From IMG/VR virus record IMGVR_UViG_3300038393_001965, positions 1 through 63,997 of that record: a stretch of DNA of 63,997 bases; one strand, written 5' to 3'. The translations under genes and the position numbers were made by a program. The notes under the pieces are model-generated. The model was not told the DNA's origin and did not search any database. It saw nothing but the letters and a program-made list of their open reading frames with translations. This document shows, piece by piece, positions 48,196-57,398 of the stretch. Position 1 is the stretch's first letter; every line of letters begins with the position of its first letter. Source of the stretch: a virus. Lineage: Duplodnaviria; Caudoviricetes.

Positions 48196-48522
48196 CTATT
48201 CGGTGACCGGCTCCGGCGCGACAACCTGGGCGGCGAAGCCGATGATCGCGGTTGCCAAAGCGCGGAGCGAATGGCTGTCGGTCACCGCGCCGGGGTGACC
48301 TTCGATGACGGCGCGTGCGAGATCCGTGGCGCCGGCGAAACTCAGCGGCGTCACGATGGCGCGGCCGCCGGCGTCGACGAGCATGACGTCGCCGACATTG
48401 AAGGATTGATCGACGGGACCATCCTTGCCGGGCACCTTCATGATGCCCGGCCGGGTGACAGAGACGACCTTGCGGCCGTTCTCGAATTTGGCGACGTCGG
48501 CGGCGCGGACCTCAACCGTCAT
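48196..48522 (-). CDS. Hypothetical protein
   Basis: Coupled ORF starting MTVEVR. Confidence 0.65.
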   Translation of the reverse strand: MTVEVRAADVAKFENGRKVVSVTRPGIMKVPGKDGPVDQSFNVGDVMLVDAGGRAIVTPLSFAGATDLARAVIEGHPGAVTDSHSLRALATAIIGFAAQVVAPEPVTE

Positions 48523-48629
48523 CTCAACCACCCGAAGATGTAGAACAGGCCGACCATCGGCAGGACCGTCAGCCAGGCGGCAACAAACGTCACGACGCCG
48601 AACATGAACAGTGCAGCGATGATCCTCAT
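48519..48629 (-). CDS. 36-aa membrane peptide
   Basis: MRIIAALFMFGVVTFVAAWLTVLPMVGLFYIFGWLR; AAGGAG RBS; ATGA-coupled on both sides. Confidence 0.6.
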   Translation of the reverse strand: MRIIAALFMFGVVTFVAAWLTVLPMVGLFYIFGWLR

Positions 48630-48955
48630 GGATGATCTCCTTCGCCCGTGCGCGGCACCAGACGACCGATGTTAGCCGTCGCTGTCGGCGGCTTCGCCGG
48701 CTCCTGGCTGCCGACCAGGATGGCGCCGGCGGCATCGAACGCCGTGATCGCAACGCGGGTCTGCCTGAGCTCCTCGGTCAGCGTCGCGATCTGGCGTTCC
48801 AGATCGGTTTCGCTGGCGCGCAGGCGGTTGAGCGTCTCGCCTACCTTCTTTGTGCTGCGTTCCAGCAGCGTCGACGCGACGATCTCGTCGGGCTTGAAAT
48901 CGGACTCGACGAGCTCGACCGTGGCGTCTTTCTTAATGCCTCGGAACAAGATCAA
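48626..48955 (-). CDS. Coiled-coil hypothetical protein
   Basis: GAGGAG RBS, coupled. Confidence 0.65.
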   Translation of the reverse strand: MILFRGIKKDATVELVESDFKPDEIVASTLLERSTKKVGETLNRLRASETDLERQIATLTEELRQTRVAITAFDAAGAILVGSQEPAKPPTATANIGRLVPRTGEGDHP

Positions 48956-50202
48956 CGCTCGTCCTCCTCGATCGCGCCGGGCTCCGGATTGTCCTTGTCG
49001 GCTTCATCCCGATAGGCGGCGAGCCAGGCATCCTTCTCAGCTTCGCGGCCGGCCTGCTTGTAGTCGACCGGAACGGCGCGCTCCGACATGTTCTTGCGAT
49101 AGGCGGCGCGACCGAGGCGCGTCGCCACTGCAATGGAATCGCCGTCGTCCGGCTGGGCGGGGTTGGGGGACGGGGCACCGGACGACGGCGACTGCTCGGC
49201 AGCATGCCCCTGCTTGCCGGGCTTCTCGGATGCCGCTGGAGTGTCGGCATCCGATTTCTTATCCGCCGGCTTCTTCTGCTCGGCGGTGGGTTTCTCTTTG
49301 GCGTTCTGCTTCGGCTGGTCGGTGGTCTTTCCGCCGGTCTGCTCCTTGGCACCACCGCCATCAGCCAGCTTGTCGAGCTTGCCTTTCAGATCGGCGGGCT
49401 GATCACCGCCTCCCTTCTTGATGGGCGGGAAGACCTCATCGATGTCGGTCTCCTTGCTCTTGATGCCCTGGTACATCGCGAACAGGTCGGCGAGTTCCTC
49501 GACGCCGATCTCCTCGAGGCCGGCGACGCCGACGGCGGCGAAGATGCGGTCGGGGGTGACACCGATGCCGGCCAGCGCCTTCATGGCGTCGTCGCGTCGG
49601 TCCGCCAGCGTGGTGATATCGCCGCGGATCACGTTTCCCGCGTGATCGAAGGCCTGGCGCCATACCGCCTTCGGGACACCCTTAAGGATGGCTTCGCGCA
49701 TGCCGATCGAGGCTGCGGCGTTGCCGGCCGTCATGATCATGTCCTGGGAGTAGAGACCGCCGTCGCGTTTCGCGATCGACTTGCGGGTGCGCGCGGTGCG
49801 CTTCAGGCCGGTTTCGAGATCGTGGAAGATGCCCTCGGATTCGACGTACTTCTCGATCTTGTCGACATGAACGATGCGAGAAGCACAATGGCAGTTCCCC
49901 CATTGAGACGCGATGATCTCGGCGAGGCGGATCGAAGGACCGCGGATCGTCTTGCCGTCTCGCGGGACCGCGTAGACGCATTCCTTGGCAGTCTGCTCGT
50001 CGAGCATGACAAGCTCGGTGACATTGCGCATAACCCTGGCGACCGAACGCGGAAACGCCTTAGCTGTTGTGACGTCCTGGTTGAGTTCTGCCATGGCGAG
50101 CTGCACCGCCAAGCTCTGGTTGCTGGCGGAGAAGCCTGCTGGCAGGTCGGTGATCTCACCGGTGCGCGGATCCACGGTCTCGGTCTTCGCGAGAGTATTC
50201 AT
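48952..50202 (-). CDS. Putative single-strand annealing recombinase (RecT-like)
   Basis: Follows the YqaJ exonuclease; FPRS...GPSIRLAE..WGN; disordered C-terminal tail. Confidence 0.6.
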   Translation of the reverse strand: MNTLAKTETVDPRTGEITDLPAGFSASNQSLAVQLAMAELNQDVTTAKAFPRSVARVMRNVTELVMLDEQTAKECVYAVPRDGKTIRGPSIRLAEIIASQWGNCHCASRIVHVDKIEKYVESEGIFHDLETGLKRTARTRKSIAKRDGGLYSQDMIMTAGNAAASIGMREAILKGVPKAVWRQAFDHAGNVIRGDITTLADRRDDAMKALAGIGVTPDRIFAAVGVAGLEEIGVEELADLFAMYQGIKSKETDIDEVFPPIKKGGGDQPADLKGKLDKLADGGGAKEQTGGKTTDQPKQNAKEKPTAEQKKPADKKSDADTPAASEKPGKQGHAAEQSPSSGAPSPNPAQPDDGDSIAVATRLGRAAYRKNMSERAVPVDYKQAGREAEKDAWLAAYRDEADKDNPEPGAIEEDER

Positions 50203-50236
50203 CGAAATTGGTCTCCTGTTTTCCGGAAGGCGCGCG

Positions 50237-51220
50237 CTATTCGGCGGCGCCGGCTTTCTTGATGCGGACATCGATGTATGAGGTCGCCTTCACCTCGTAG
50301 CCGGCGCGCTCCACGGTCTTGGCGGTGATCAGCCGGCCGTCCGAGATCCTCGCCGCAGAGGCGCCGTTCATCTTGTCGAGCAGCTCCGCCTTGATTTCCT
50401 TCAGGCGCTTCTCGATGACGCCCTTCTCGGAGGCGATGCGGGCTTTCTCGTCGAGGATCTCCGGCAACCTGTTGTCGTTCGAGAGGTCGACAACCTTGCC
50501 GTCCGGTTCGTAGAGATCCTCGAGCAGCTCGCCGTCGCGCTTCCAGTCCGCGTCGGGGTGACCGCCGCTATCGGTGAGCCGCCAGAAGTCGGCGACTTCA
50601 CCCTTGACCCGATCCATCAGCTTCGGGACGAGCGGGATTTCGACCGGAGGGTGCAGCTTGAGGCCATGCCCGGAGACGATCAGCGCGACGAGCGCATAGT
50701 TCGCCTTGGTGAGTGCGGCCTCGATCAGCGCCTGGACAGCGACATAGAGAGGTGGGGTGATCGCCTTGGTATCGGGGTCGATCCAGTTTTTCACCGAGTA
50801 GTCGGATGCCGACTTGATCTGGATGATCCCCTTCCCCTTGCGCTCCGGCATGCGGACGAAGGCGTCCGGGGTGGCGCCAATCCTGGCGGCGGGATCGCGG
50901 AAATAGCGATTGTTGTAGCTGTGGGTGATGTCCCAGGCGGGATAGTCCTCGCGCAGGAAGTCGATCGCGATGAACTCCATGGCGCGGCCGCGGCGGAAAA
51001 CATCGTTGTCTTCGGCGTCAGGCTTGCGGCCGGTCTTCTCGGCCCAGAGCTCGAACGGCGTCTTGTAGGGATTGATGCCGAGGAGCGTCGACGCATCGGA
51101 TGCCGTGACATCCTTCTTGCGCGCGGCAAGCCATTCCTCGCGGTTCGCCGGCTTGATGATCTCGATATTGCCGACGATGCCGGCGGCGAGATCACCGATG
51201 CTCTGGAAGGTGTCGTTCAT
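50237..51220 (-). CDS. YqaJ / lambda-exonuclease family protein
   Basis: WLAARK..VTASD...NPYKTP..LWAEKTG; ATPD; QIK. Confidence 0.92.
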   Translation of the reverse strand: MNDTFQSIGDLAAGIVGNIEIIKPANREEWLAARKKDVTASDASTLLGINPYKTPFELWAEKTGRKPDAEDNDVFRRGRAMEFIAIDFLREDYPAWDITHSYNNRYFRDPAARIGATPDAFVRMPERKGKGIIQIKSASDYSVKNWIDPDTKAITPPLYVAVQALIEAALTKANYALVALIVSGHGLKLHPPVEIPLVPKLMDRVKGEVADFWRLTDSGGHPDADWKRDGELLEDLYEPDGKVVDLSNDNRLPEILDEKARIASEKGVIEKRLKEIKAELLDKMNGASAARISDGRLITAKTVERAGYEVKATSYIDVRIKKAGAAE

Positions 51221-51402
51221 GATGACGCTCCGGTCGATGAGGATGGTTGGCGATAGCCGAGCGTGACCTCGAAGGTGCGGACGAGCTCCTCGAGCTGGCG
51301 GTCCTTCTTCAAGCCCATGCGACGCGCAAAATTCATGACGGTGAAAGCGTCATCGGCGAGCTCGCGCAGCTGCTCGGTGGTGAGGCGCTGAGCAGTCATC
51401 AC
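51217..51402 (-). CDS. Hypothetical protein
   Basis: Coupled ORF. Confidence 0.6.
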   Translation of the reverse strand: MMTAQRLTTEQLRELADDAFTVMNFARRMGLKKDRQLEELVRTFEVTLGYRQPSSSTGASS

Positions 51403-51767
51403 AGCGACCTCCAGATCAGCACTCCGGCGATGGCGACAGTCGCGAGGAAGAAACCGACTATCCAGGCGCCTGGCGCCGGGTTCGGCCTATCGTCGTCGTC
51501 GAACATCGCCTCGATGCGATCGAGGTCCGGGATGTCGAGATCGGCGGCGAGCTCGTGCTCGATCGCGTAGTCGAGCGGCGGCGCCGCGACGTGCATGCGG
51601 TCGGGCTCGAAGAGCGTCATCGTCTCGCCGTTCGGAAACGCGAGGATCCGCGTCTCGCATGTGGGGTGCCGGCGCGCCATCTCTTCGACATAGCGAGCGG
51701 ATGAAATGATCCCGGCATCAGCCCAGGCGCGGAGCATCCTTTCCGGGGCGTCTTCGATCGAGGCCAT
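51399..51767 (-). CDS. Hypothetical protein with C-terminal TM
   Basis: Coupled ORF. Confidence 0.6.
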   Translation of the reverse strand: MASIEDAPERMLRAWADAGIISSARYVEEMARRHPTCETRILAFPNGETMTLFEPDRMHVAAPPLDYAIEHELAADLDIPDLDRIEAMFDDDDRPNPAPGAWIVGFFLATVAIAGVLIWRSL

Positions 51768-52303
51768 CAGAAGGTCTCCTCGATCCGGGCGATCTGCGCC
51801 TTGAGGTCGTCACGCCGACGCCGGCAGCGTTCCGTCTCAGCGACGCGCCGCGCCTGGTTGTCGATCATGTCGGCGCAAGCGAGTTCCGTCTCGGCGTGGT
51901 CGAGCGAGCGGCGGAGGTCGTGGAGCGATGGGTCGATGGATGGGGCATCCATGTCAGAGCCCTCCGCGTTGTTGGCAGCAATGCGGGCAAGTTCGTAAAT
52001 TTCACCCAGCAAGGCGCGCATTCGTTCCGGCGAGACTTCAACGCCGTTGACAGCGATGTTGAAGAGCTCTGGCCCGGCGATCGCGTCCAGAGCCTTGGCC
52101 ATCTCGGGGGCGGCGGCGATCAGGCGGGCGTCAGCAAGCTTGTCGCCGAACACGAATTTGTTGCCGTCCAGGACCGTAGAGAACACGGCGGGGTCGCCGG
52201 GATTGTTCCCGATGGTGCATATCCATGCTGCCGCCCGACGCGGTCCACGGGAGCCTTCGACGGCCATCCATGGTCCTGGCGTATACTTTGATGCGCGGAT
52301 CAT
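51767..52303 (-). CDS. Hypothetical protein (TPGPW...ARLIAAAPE family)
   Basis: Common phage early-gene motif. Confidence 0.75.
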   Translation of the reverse strand: MIRASKYTPGPWMAVEGSRGPRRAAAWICTIGNNPGDPAVFSTVLDGNKFVFGDKLADARLIAAAPEMAKALDAIAGPELFNIAVNGVEVSPERMRALLGEIYELARIAANNAEGSDMDAPSIDPSLHDLRRSLDHAETELACADMIDNQARRVAETERCRRRRDDLKAQIARIEETF

Positions 52304-52491
52304 CGCGGCACCTCGACGACTAGCGGGATCATCGCGACGCCGCAGACCAGCACGCAGGTGATGCGCGGATGTTCCGCCAGCCAGTTCACCGTGCGGTCGA
52401 ATATCGTCTCGGCGGGCTCGACGGCGGCAAGCGCGGCGATGTAGGCGCGGCGCCGACGGTATTCAGCGAGGGTTTCTGGGCGCGATGGCAT
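52300..52491 (-). CDS. Small membrane protein
   Basis: Coupled ORF. Confidence 0.6.
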   Translation of the reverse strand: MPSRPETLAEYRRRRAYIAALAAVEPAETIFDRTVNWLAEHPRITCVLVCGVAMIPLVVEVPR

Positions 52492-52637
52492 CAGAGCACC
52501 CAGCCCATGCCAGCGGCAACGAGTAGGCCTGCGATGATGAAGCTCAACGCGATGGCGATCCGCCGGTACTCATGGCGACGAGCGATCGCGGACCGCAACT
52601 GGTCAATTTCAGGATCGAAGAAGGGTTTCGAGGGCAT
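52491..52637 (-). CDS. Small membrane protein, first gene of the PL operon
   Basis: AGGAG RBS, ATG at 52637. Confidence 0.6.
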   Translation of the reverse strand: MPSKPFFDPEIDQLRSAIARRHEYRRIAIALSFIIAGLLVAAGMGWVL

Positions 52638-52713
52638 CGGATTTCTCCTACTCCCCAGACGATAAGTGGGATCGATCCTACTCGTCAAGTCTGAAAATAG
52701 GATTGTTCCTACT
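52635..52713 (-). promoter_or_regulatory. PL promoter with three operators (AGTAGGA-N4-TCCTACT consensus)
   Basis: Operators 52635-52, 52665-82, 52696-713; minus strand TTGACG-17 nt-TTATCG. Confidence 0.85.
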
Positions 52714-52974
52714 TTTTCGAAGTGGCTGGCAAGCCTCGCGCGCGCAGGAGCTTATCCTCGATTCGTATGGCTCAGCATCAAGGTTGGCGTTCAGCCAACC
52801 TCTCGATGAATGCGGGACACACCAACGCTGCAGGATGTAGCGGGACACGGAATCGTCGAGTGAAATCGCGATTCGTCTAACGTAGAGCTCTACGATGAAG
52901 GTTAGAGATAATCTCCAACCGAGCGCGTGGAAGCGCGCGCGGATAAACCGCGCGCTTCGCCGCTGTCAACATCC

Positions 52975-53331
52975 CTACCGGTTGATATTTGTACCCAGCG
53001 CATCGCATCGGGCGATGACGTTCGATGCTTCTGCAGCACCGTCTGCAAGGCTGGTGAGAAAGAACTGACCGTCGCCGTAGAGCTTGCCGTAAAATGGGGC
53101 AGGCCCGGCGTAGCCGCCGAGTTCGTTTTTCGCGTTCACGGTTCCGCAGACGATCGTCTCGCCGGTGACCTGGGGCGCCGCCGACATCGCTGAAAACCTT
53201 GCACTGTCGGGATCCTTGAGGATGCCTAGAATCGTTGATTGCACGGCTGCCTGCTGGCCTTCCGATAGAGATGCAGCACCGGCAGGCCATGCGACGGCCG
53301 CACAAATCGCGGCTATCCCGATTCGCCTCAT
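52975..53331 (-). CDS. Secreted protein co-transcribed with cI
   Basis: Signal peptide; LKDPDSA...VCGTVNAKNELGGY; ATGA overlap with cI. Confidence 0.8.
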   Translation of the reverse strand: MRRIGIAAICAAVAWPAGAASLSEGQQAAVQSTILGILKDPDSARFSAMSAAPQVTGETIVCGTVNAKNELGGYAGPAPFYGKLYGDGQFFLTSLADGAAEASNVIARCDALGTNINR

Positions 53332-53993
53332 TCCTTGCTCACCGCGTAGACGACGCGGCCGACAACCCGCACGGTGTCGTCCTCTCCGCCGTCAATCGGG
53401 ATCGGTTCTTGGAATCTGGGATCTTCCGATTCGGGGAGCAACCAGATCTTGCCGCCATCATCGCGCCACAGCGTCTTGACCGTCGCCTCCCGCAACCCGT
53501 CGGCACGTTCGCGCTCCACGATATAGCGCTTTCCAAGCTCGAGCTGGGCGCCGGTCTCGATTAGGTCGGTGAAGACGAGAACGGTTTTCTCCGGGTAGCG
53601 CTTGTTCATGGAAGGCCCGCGCGTCTCAGCGGCATGCAGCCCGAAGGGCCTGAAGGCGGGATCGTCAGGGACCGGGACCGAATAAACATCGTCATCGCTC
53701 CACTCCCAGGTCTCAGCCCAGTGGCCGGCCTGCACGAAGCCTTTGACGGGGACCCTGCGAACAGCGGAGTCACCAGAGACCGATGTCGCCTTGGACAAGC
53801 CGAGATCCTTGGCGTCCAGCTGCAAGGCGCGTGCCAGCGATTCGAGCTTGTCGGTGCGCACGGAAAGCTTTTTGCCCTGCACGATGTCACGAATATACGT
53901 ACGCTCGAGGCCGGCCCGCGTGGCCGCCTCGACGGGCCCGAGACCGAGCTCATCTAGCCGTCGCGACACGATTTTTTGCAGTTCATTTTCCAT
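53328..53993 (-). CDS. cI: CI-like repressor (HTH + S24 autopeptidase)
   Basis: N-terminal HTH; VQAG cleavage site; GPSM; ATVK. Confidence 0.92.
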   Translation of the reverse strand: MENELQKIVSRRLDELGLGPVEAATRAGLERTYIRDIVQGKKLSVRTDKLESLARALQLDAKDLGLSKATSVSGDSAVRRVPVKGFVQAGHWAETWEWSDDDVYSVPVPDDPAFRPFGLHAAETRGPSMNKRYPEKTVLVFTDLIETGAQLELGKRYIVERERADGLREATVKTLWRDDGGKIWLLPESEDPRFQEPIPIDGGEDDTVRVVGRVVYAVSKE

Positions 53994-54074
53994 GTGGGAA
54001 TTATCCAACCCACGCTCCTGACAAGCGAGGGGGAAGTTTCCTATTGACGAAGTAGGATTGATCCCACTATCGTT
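53993..54074 (+). promoter_or_regulatory. PR promoter with three operators
   Basis: Operators 53993-4010, 54028-45, 54051-68; TTGACG-17 nt-CTATCG. Confidence 0.85.
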
Positions 54075-54347
54075 ATGCGCATGGAAGCTGAACTCATCCG
54101 CCACCTGCAGTCCCTTCTCGACGAGTTCCGTGCTCATAAGGACCTCGCGGAATCGACTATCGGCCGCCATTGCGCAGCCGACGGCGCGTTCTTCTCGCGG
54201 CTTCGCGAGGGCAACACGCTGACAGTGCGCAAATATGACGCTGTCGTCGCATGGTTTTCAGAGAATTGGCCGGCCGGTTCGGAATGGCCGGTCGATGTCA
54301 TGCGCCCGGCGAAAGCGACACCCGCGGCGAGCGAGGTCGCCGAATGA
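54075..54347 (+). CDS. Cro-like protein
   Basis: Divergent from cI; STIG...DGAFFSRLREG...WFSENWP. Confidence 0.8.
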   Translation: MRMEAELIRHLQSLLDEFRAHKDLAESTIGRHCAADGAFFSRLREGNTLTVRKYDAVVAWFSENWPAGSEWPVDVMRPAKATPAASEVAE

Positions 54348-54352
54348 GCGCC

Positions 54353-54550
54353 TCAGTGCCCGCCCCTCGCCAGCTTGGTGCGGCCGTCGGCGAGAAGCCG
54401 CCGAAACACTTCGTTGCTCATCACCAGGTGAGAAGCGGGCAAGCGTTCCGACTGTCGGCTTCCGTCGGCGGTGGTCATGCCAACCAGGTGGACGAAGTTG
54501 TCCTCGACGACAACACGGATCTCTTCGACGAACAGCGTAGGCTGCGCCAT
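54353..54550 (-). CDS. Small protein, apparent paralog of 54674-54931
   Basis: GGAGG RBS; PTLFV...VEDNFVHL...LVMS..VFRRLLADGR. Confidence 0.6.
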   Translation of the reverse strand: MAQPTLFVEEIRVVVEDNFVHLVGMTTADGSRQSERLPASHLVMSNEVFRRLLADGRTKLARGGH

Positions 54551-54673
54551 CCCCACCTCCCCGAAATGCTGCGCCGGCAATGCGCGCCAGCAATTCATCA
54601 CAGCGGGGCAGGTTCAAAAACAGTTCATTATGGGACTTGCACCGGTTTTGGCAGGAATGGTTTCCAACCGGTT

Positions 54674-54931
54674 TCATTGCTTGCTTCGACCAATTTTTCG
54701 AGCCTCGGAAATAAGACTTCGAAAGGTCTTGATCGGCATGGCAATGCGCGCCTGGAGACGCGCTTCGTGTTCCTGCCCGCCTATTTCCGGAAGTTCGGTC
54801 CAAAAGAGCAGGCGGATAATATTTTCCTCGACGACCTGAATTGCATATCCCGTCACGAAGAGACTGGGAAGCGGCTCCGGTTCGGTAAGTTTCGGCGTGC
54901 CGCCGTGGCCGTCGGTATTCATCTTCGGCAT
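54674..54931 (-). CDS. Small protein, apparent paralog of 54353-54550
   Basis: GAGGA RBS; PSLFV...VEENIIRL...IAMP..TFRSLISEAR. Confidence 0.65.
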   Translation of the reverse strand: MPKMNTDGHGGTPKLTEPEPLPSLFVTGYAIQVVEENIIRLLFWTELPEIGGQEHEARLQARIAMPIKTFRSLISEARKIGRSKQ

Positions 54932-55100
54932 TCCTCAATTTCTAGATCGCGCGCTGTGTCACCAGTCCCGCGCGACCGTCGGCTGCCCAAGGCCGGCGTG
55001 GTGGGCCCGTCTGTCCCGTTTGACATGGCCCACCACTTTTTTTCTTCCCCCCGTTCATCGCTTTCGTCTCCGCATTCCGTCGCTGGATTGGAGAGTAGTG

Positions 55101-55541
55101 ATGTCCGAGTTGCAGCGGCGCAAAAGGTCTTTGCGCGAGAATCAAGAACCGTTTGCACAAGGTGCAAAAATGTCTGACGCCTACGTCAACGAGGCTCGGG
55201 CCTGGGCGGACTTTCTCGTCCGCAAGGAGTTCCGCGGCCCAGGCGACACCGTCGACGCCGCCATGGCGCGGTGCGAGCGCAAGCATCGCATTGCGAGATC
55301 GGTTCTTTGGGGCCTTCGCTACCGGCCGCCGAAAGATATGATGGTCAGCCTCTATATGGGGCTTCGCAGTGCATACGAGGACGAGCTGGGCAAGCTCGAC
55401 CAGCGACTAGAAGAAGAACTCCGCAAAGCGGAATTGCTGGGGACAGATGCGACCAATTCGAAAGCTTATCGCGTGGCTCTGGCTGCGCTGGGAAAACAGG
55501 CGACGCGCGAGTCGCCTCTCAGCAACCGAGGCGCCAAATGA
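55101..55541 (+). CDS. Putative DNA-binding protein in CII-like position
   Basis: GGAG RBS (alternative start 55170); RGPGD...AM......LRYRPPK. Confidence 0.6.
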   Translation: MSELQRRKRSLRENQEPFAQGAKMSDAYVNEARAWADFLVRKEFRGPGDTVDAAMARCERKHRIARSVLWGLRYRPPKDMMVSLYMGLRSAYEDELGKLDQRLEEELRKAELLGTDATNSKAYRVALAALGKQATRESPLSNRGAK

Positions 55542-56131
55542 GCGCCCCCCTTCCAAACTGGACAACGATCCCACGGGGTGACCTCGACAGGCTTCTCGCC
55601 GCCTACTGCGAGGAAGGTCTCACCGCTTCGGCGATCGCCAAGAAATTCCAGAACTGCAGCCGATCCGCCGTGATCGGCCGTATCCATCGGAAGAAGCTTC
55701 AGCTCAACAACGGCTCCCCACGCAAGGGCAAGACCGGCCGGCGCAAGGCAGATGCGGCGCCGAAACCAGCGACGACCAAGGCGCCGGCGCGCAAGCCGAC
55801 CAAGCTTGTTCAACAGACGGTGTCGTGGCGCGGCGCCAGCAATCCGGTGGCAACCGATTTCAAGGCGCGTGCGGCACAGCGCGCCACATCACCAGGCATC
55901 GTGATCAAACGCGAGAACGCTTTCGATCCAATGCCCGACACCCCACCCGTGGCGTTTGGTTCGCCAGGATGCCGTTGGCCCGTCGACGGCATCAATGGCA
56001 CGGGGCTGCTCTCCTGCGGTGCCGTGAAGGAGATAGAGCACTCCTATTGTGGCGCGCATCGCCAACTTTCCTACCAACCTCCCTCCACGCGTCAGAGCGC
56101 CGGCCTTCGGTCGGCTGAAAGGATCCGCTGA
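55538..56131 (+). CDS. gcrA: GcrA-family cell-cycle regulator homolog
   Basis: WT...EGLTASAIA...SRSAVIGRIHR; CRWPV...CG...SYC.AH. Confidence 0.9.
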   Translation: MSAPLPNWTTIPRGDLDRLLAAYCEEGLTASAIAKKFQNCSRSAVIGRIHRKKLQLNNGSPRKGKTGRRKADAAPKPATTKAPARKPTKLVQQTVSWRGASNPVATDFKARAAQRATSPGIVIKRENAFDPMPDTPPVAFGSPGCRWPVDGINGTGLLSCGAVKEIEHSYCGAHRQLSYQPPSTRQSAGLRSAERIR

Positions 56132-56640
56132 TGACCGCCATTCATGAGAGACCGAACCGTGCCACGCCGAGCGAGGCCGCCTCCTTCATCGAGGAGTTCG
56201 ACCGCATCGAGCAGGACCGCGAGGAAAAGCTTCGGGTCCTCGACGCCGAGTTCAAGGCGAAAAAGCGCGTCATCCAGAAGGTCGCCAACGACGACCAGAA
56301 ATCGATCCTGGAGGACGCCAAGAAACAGGGCGTCGGCAAAGGCATCGTGCGCGCGATCGCCGATGCGCAGAAGCTTCGCCGGAAAGCGGAAGCCCTCGCC
56401 GATCGCGCCGACAACAAGCTCGATGGTCTCGAGGACGACGACCGCGATTTCGCAATCGATATCCGTGAGGCCCTTGGCGACAACTTCGCCAGCTTTGGGC
56501 TCGGCGCCGCCGCAGTGGCGCGTGAGGAAGCCGGCGAAGAGGAAGACGACGACAAGGCCGATGAAACCACGGCTGCCGTCGTCAACGCGGTCCGCGCCGG
56601 GGCCTCGAAAGAGGAATGGGACGGCGCTGCGAAGCACTAA
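56131..56640 (+). CDS. GapR/DUF2312-like nucleoid protein
   Basis: SFIEEFDRIEQD...DDQKSILEDAKKQG...IVR; acidic tail. Confidence 0.5.
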   Translation: MTAIHERPNRATPSEAASFIEEFDRIEQDREEKLRVLDAEFKAKKRVIQKVANDDQKSILEDAKKQGVGKGIVRAIADAQKLRRKAEALADRADNKLDGLEDDDRDFAIDIREALGDNFASFGLGAAAVAREEAGEEEDDDKADETTAAVVNAVRAGASKEEWDGAAKH

Positions 56641-56780
56641 ACCCGCGAAAGCGGCACCAGGTGGGCAGCGCTTGTAGGTGGCTCGTGACCACGCCAAGGG
56701 CGAACGCGGCGGCAACCTTCTGACCAGGCCGGGAAAGCAGCGGCCACTAGAACCGCCCGAACGGGCACGAGGGACTTGGG

Positions 56781-57398
56781 ATGACTGCCCTTCGCATCCT
56801 ATTTTTGGACATTGCGACGCGTACCGGCTTTGCCTACGGCGAGGCTGGCAGGCGCCCGATGTCCGGCAGCTTCCGGGTCGCTAAGCCGGGAGCCTCGCAG
56901 AGCGCCGCGTTCGGCAACGCGCTGCGGTGGATCACTACCTTCCATGAGGATCACCCGTTCGACGTGCTGGGCGTCGAGGCGGGCGCGGCCGGCAACAACG
57001 TCGCGGGTCGCACCACACTTCAAACTTCCGAGCTGCTGCAGGGTCTTCCAGCGTGCTTCCTTGGCATGGCTTTCCTACTTGGCGTCTACCAGGTCAGGCG
57101 CGTCGCGGTGTCGTCCATCCGAGCGCATTTCATCAATGCGGGGAACCTGAAGGGCGAGATCGCCAAGCCGCGCGTGATGGAGAAATGCCGCGCGCTCGGC
57201 TGGGTCAACAAGGACGATGAAGACCAGTCCTTCGATAGGTCCGACGCCCTCGCCGGCTGGTCATATTGCGAATCGCTCTTCGCCGCCAAGGAATCTCAAC
57301 CCGTCGACGATCTCTTCGTAGCCAGCGAGCGCCGCAAGCGTGAGGCCGAGGAGCTGAAGCGCCGATACGAGCAACCCACCACTCCGGAGCGTTTCTGA
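56781..57398 (+). CDS. RuvC-like Holliday junction resolvase
   Basis: ILFLDIATRTGFA; GVE; K..V; DRSDALA. Confidence 0.8.
   Translation: MTALRILFLDIATRTGFAYGEAGRRPMSGSFRVAKPGASQSAAFGNALRWITTFHEDHPFDVLGVEAGAAGNNVAGRTTLQTSELLQGLPACFLGMAFLLGVYQVRRVAVSSIRAHFINAGNLKGEIAKPRVMEKCRALGWVNKDDEDQSFDRSDALAGWSYCESLFAAKESQPVDDLFVASERRKREAEELKRRYEQPTTPERF

Noticed and set aside
54251-55177. 308-aa plus-strand ORF
   Set aside because: Shadow of two minus-strand genes with good RBSs; no recognisable motifs
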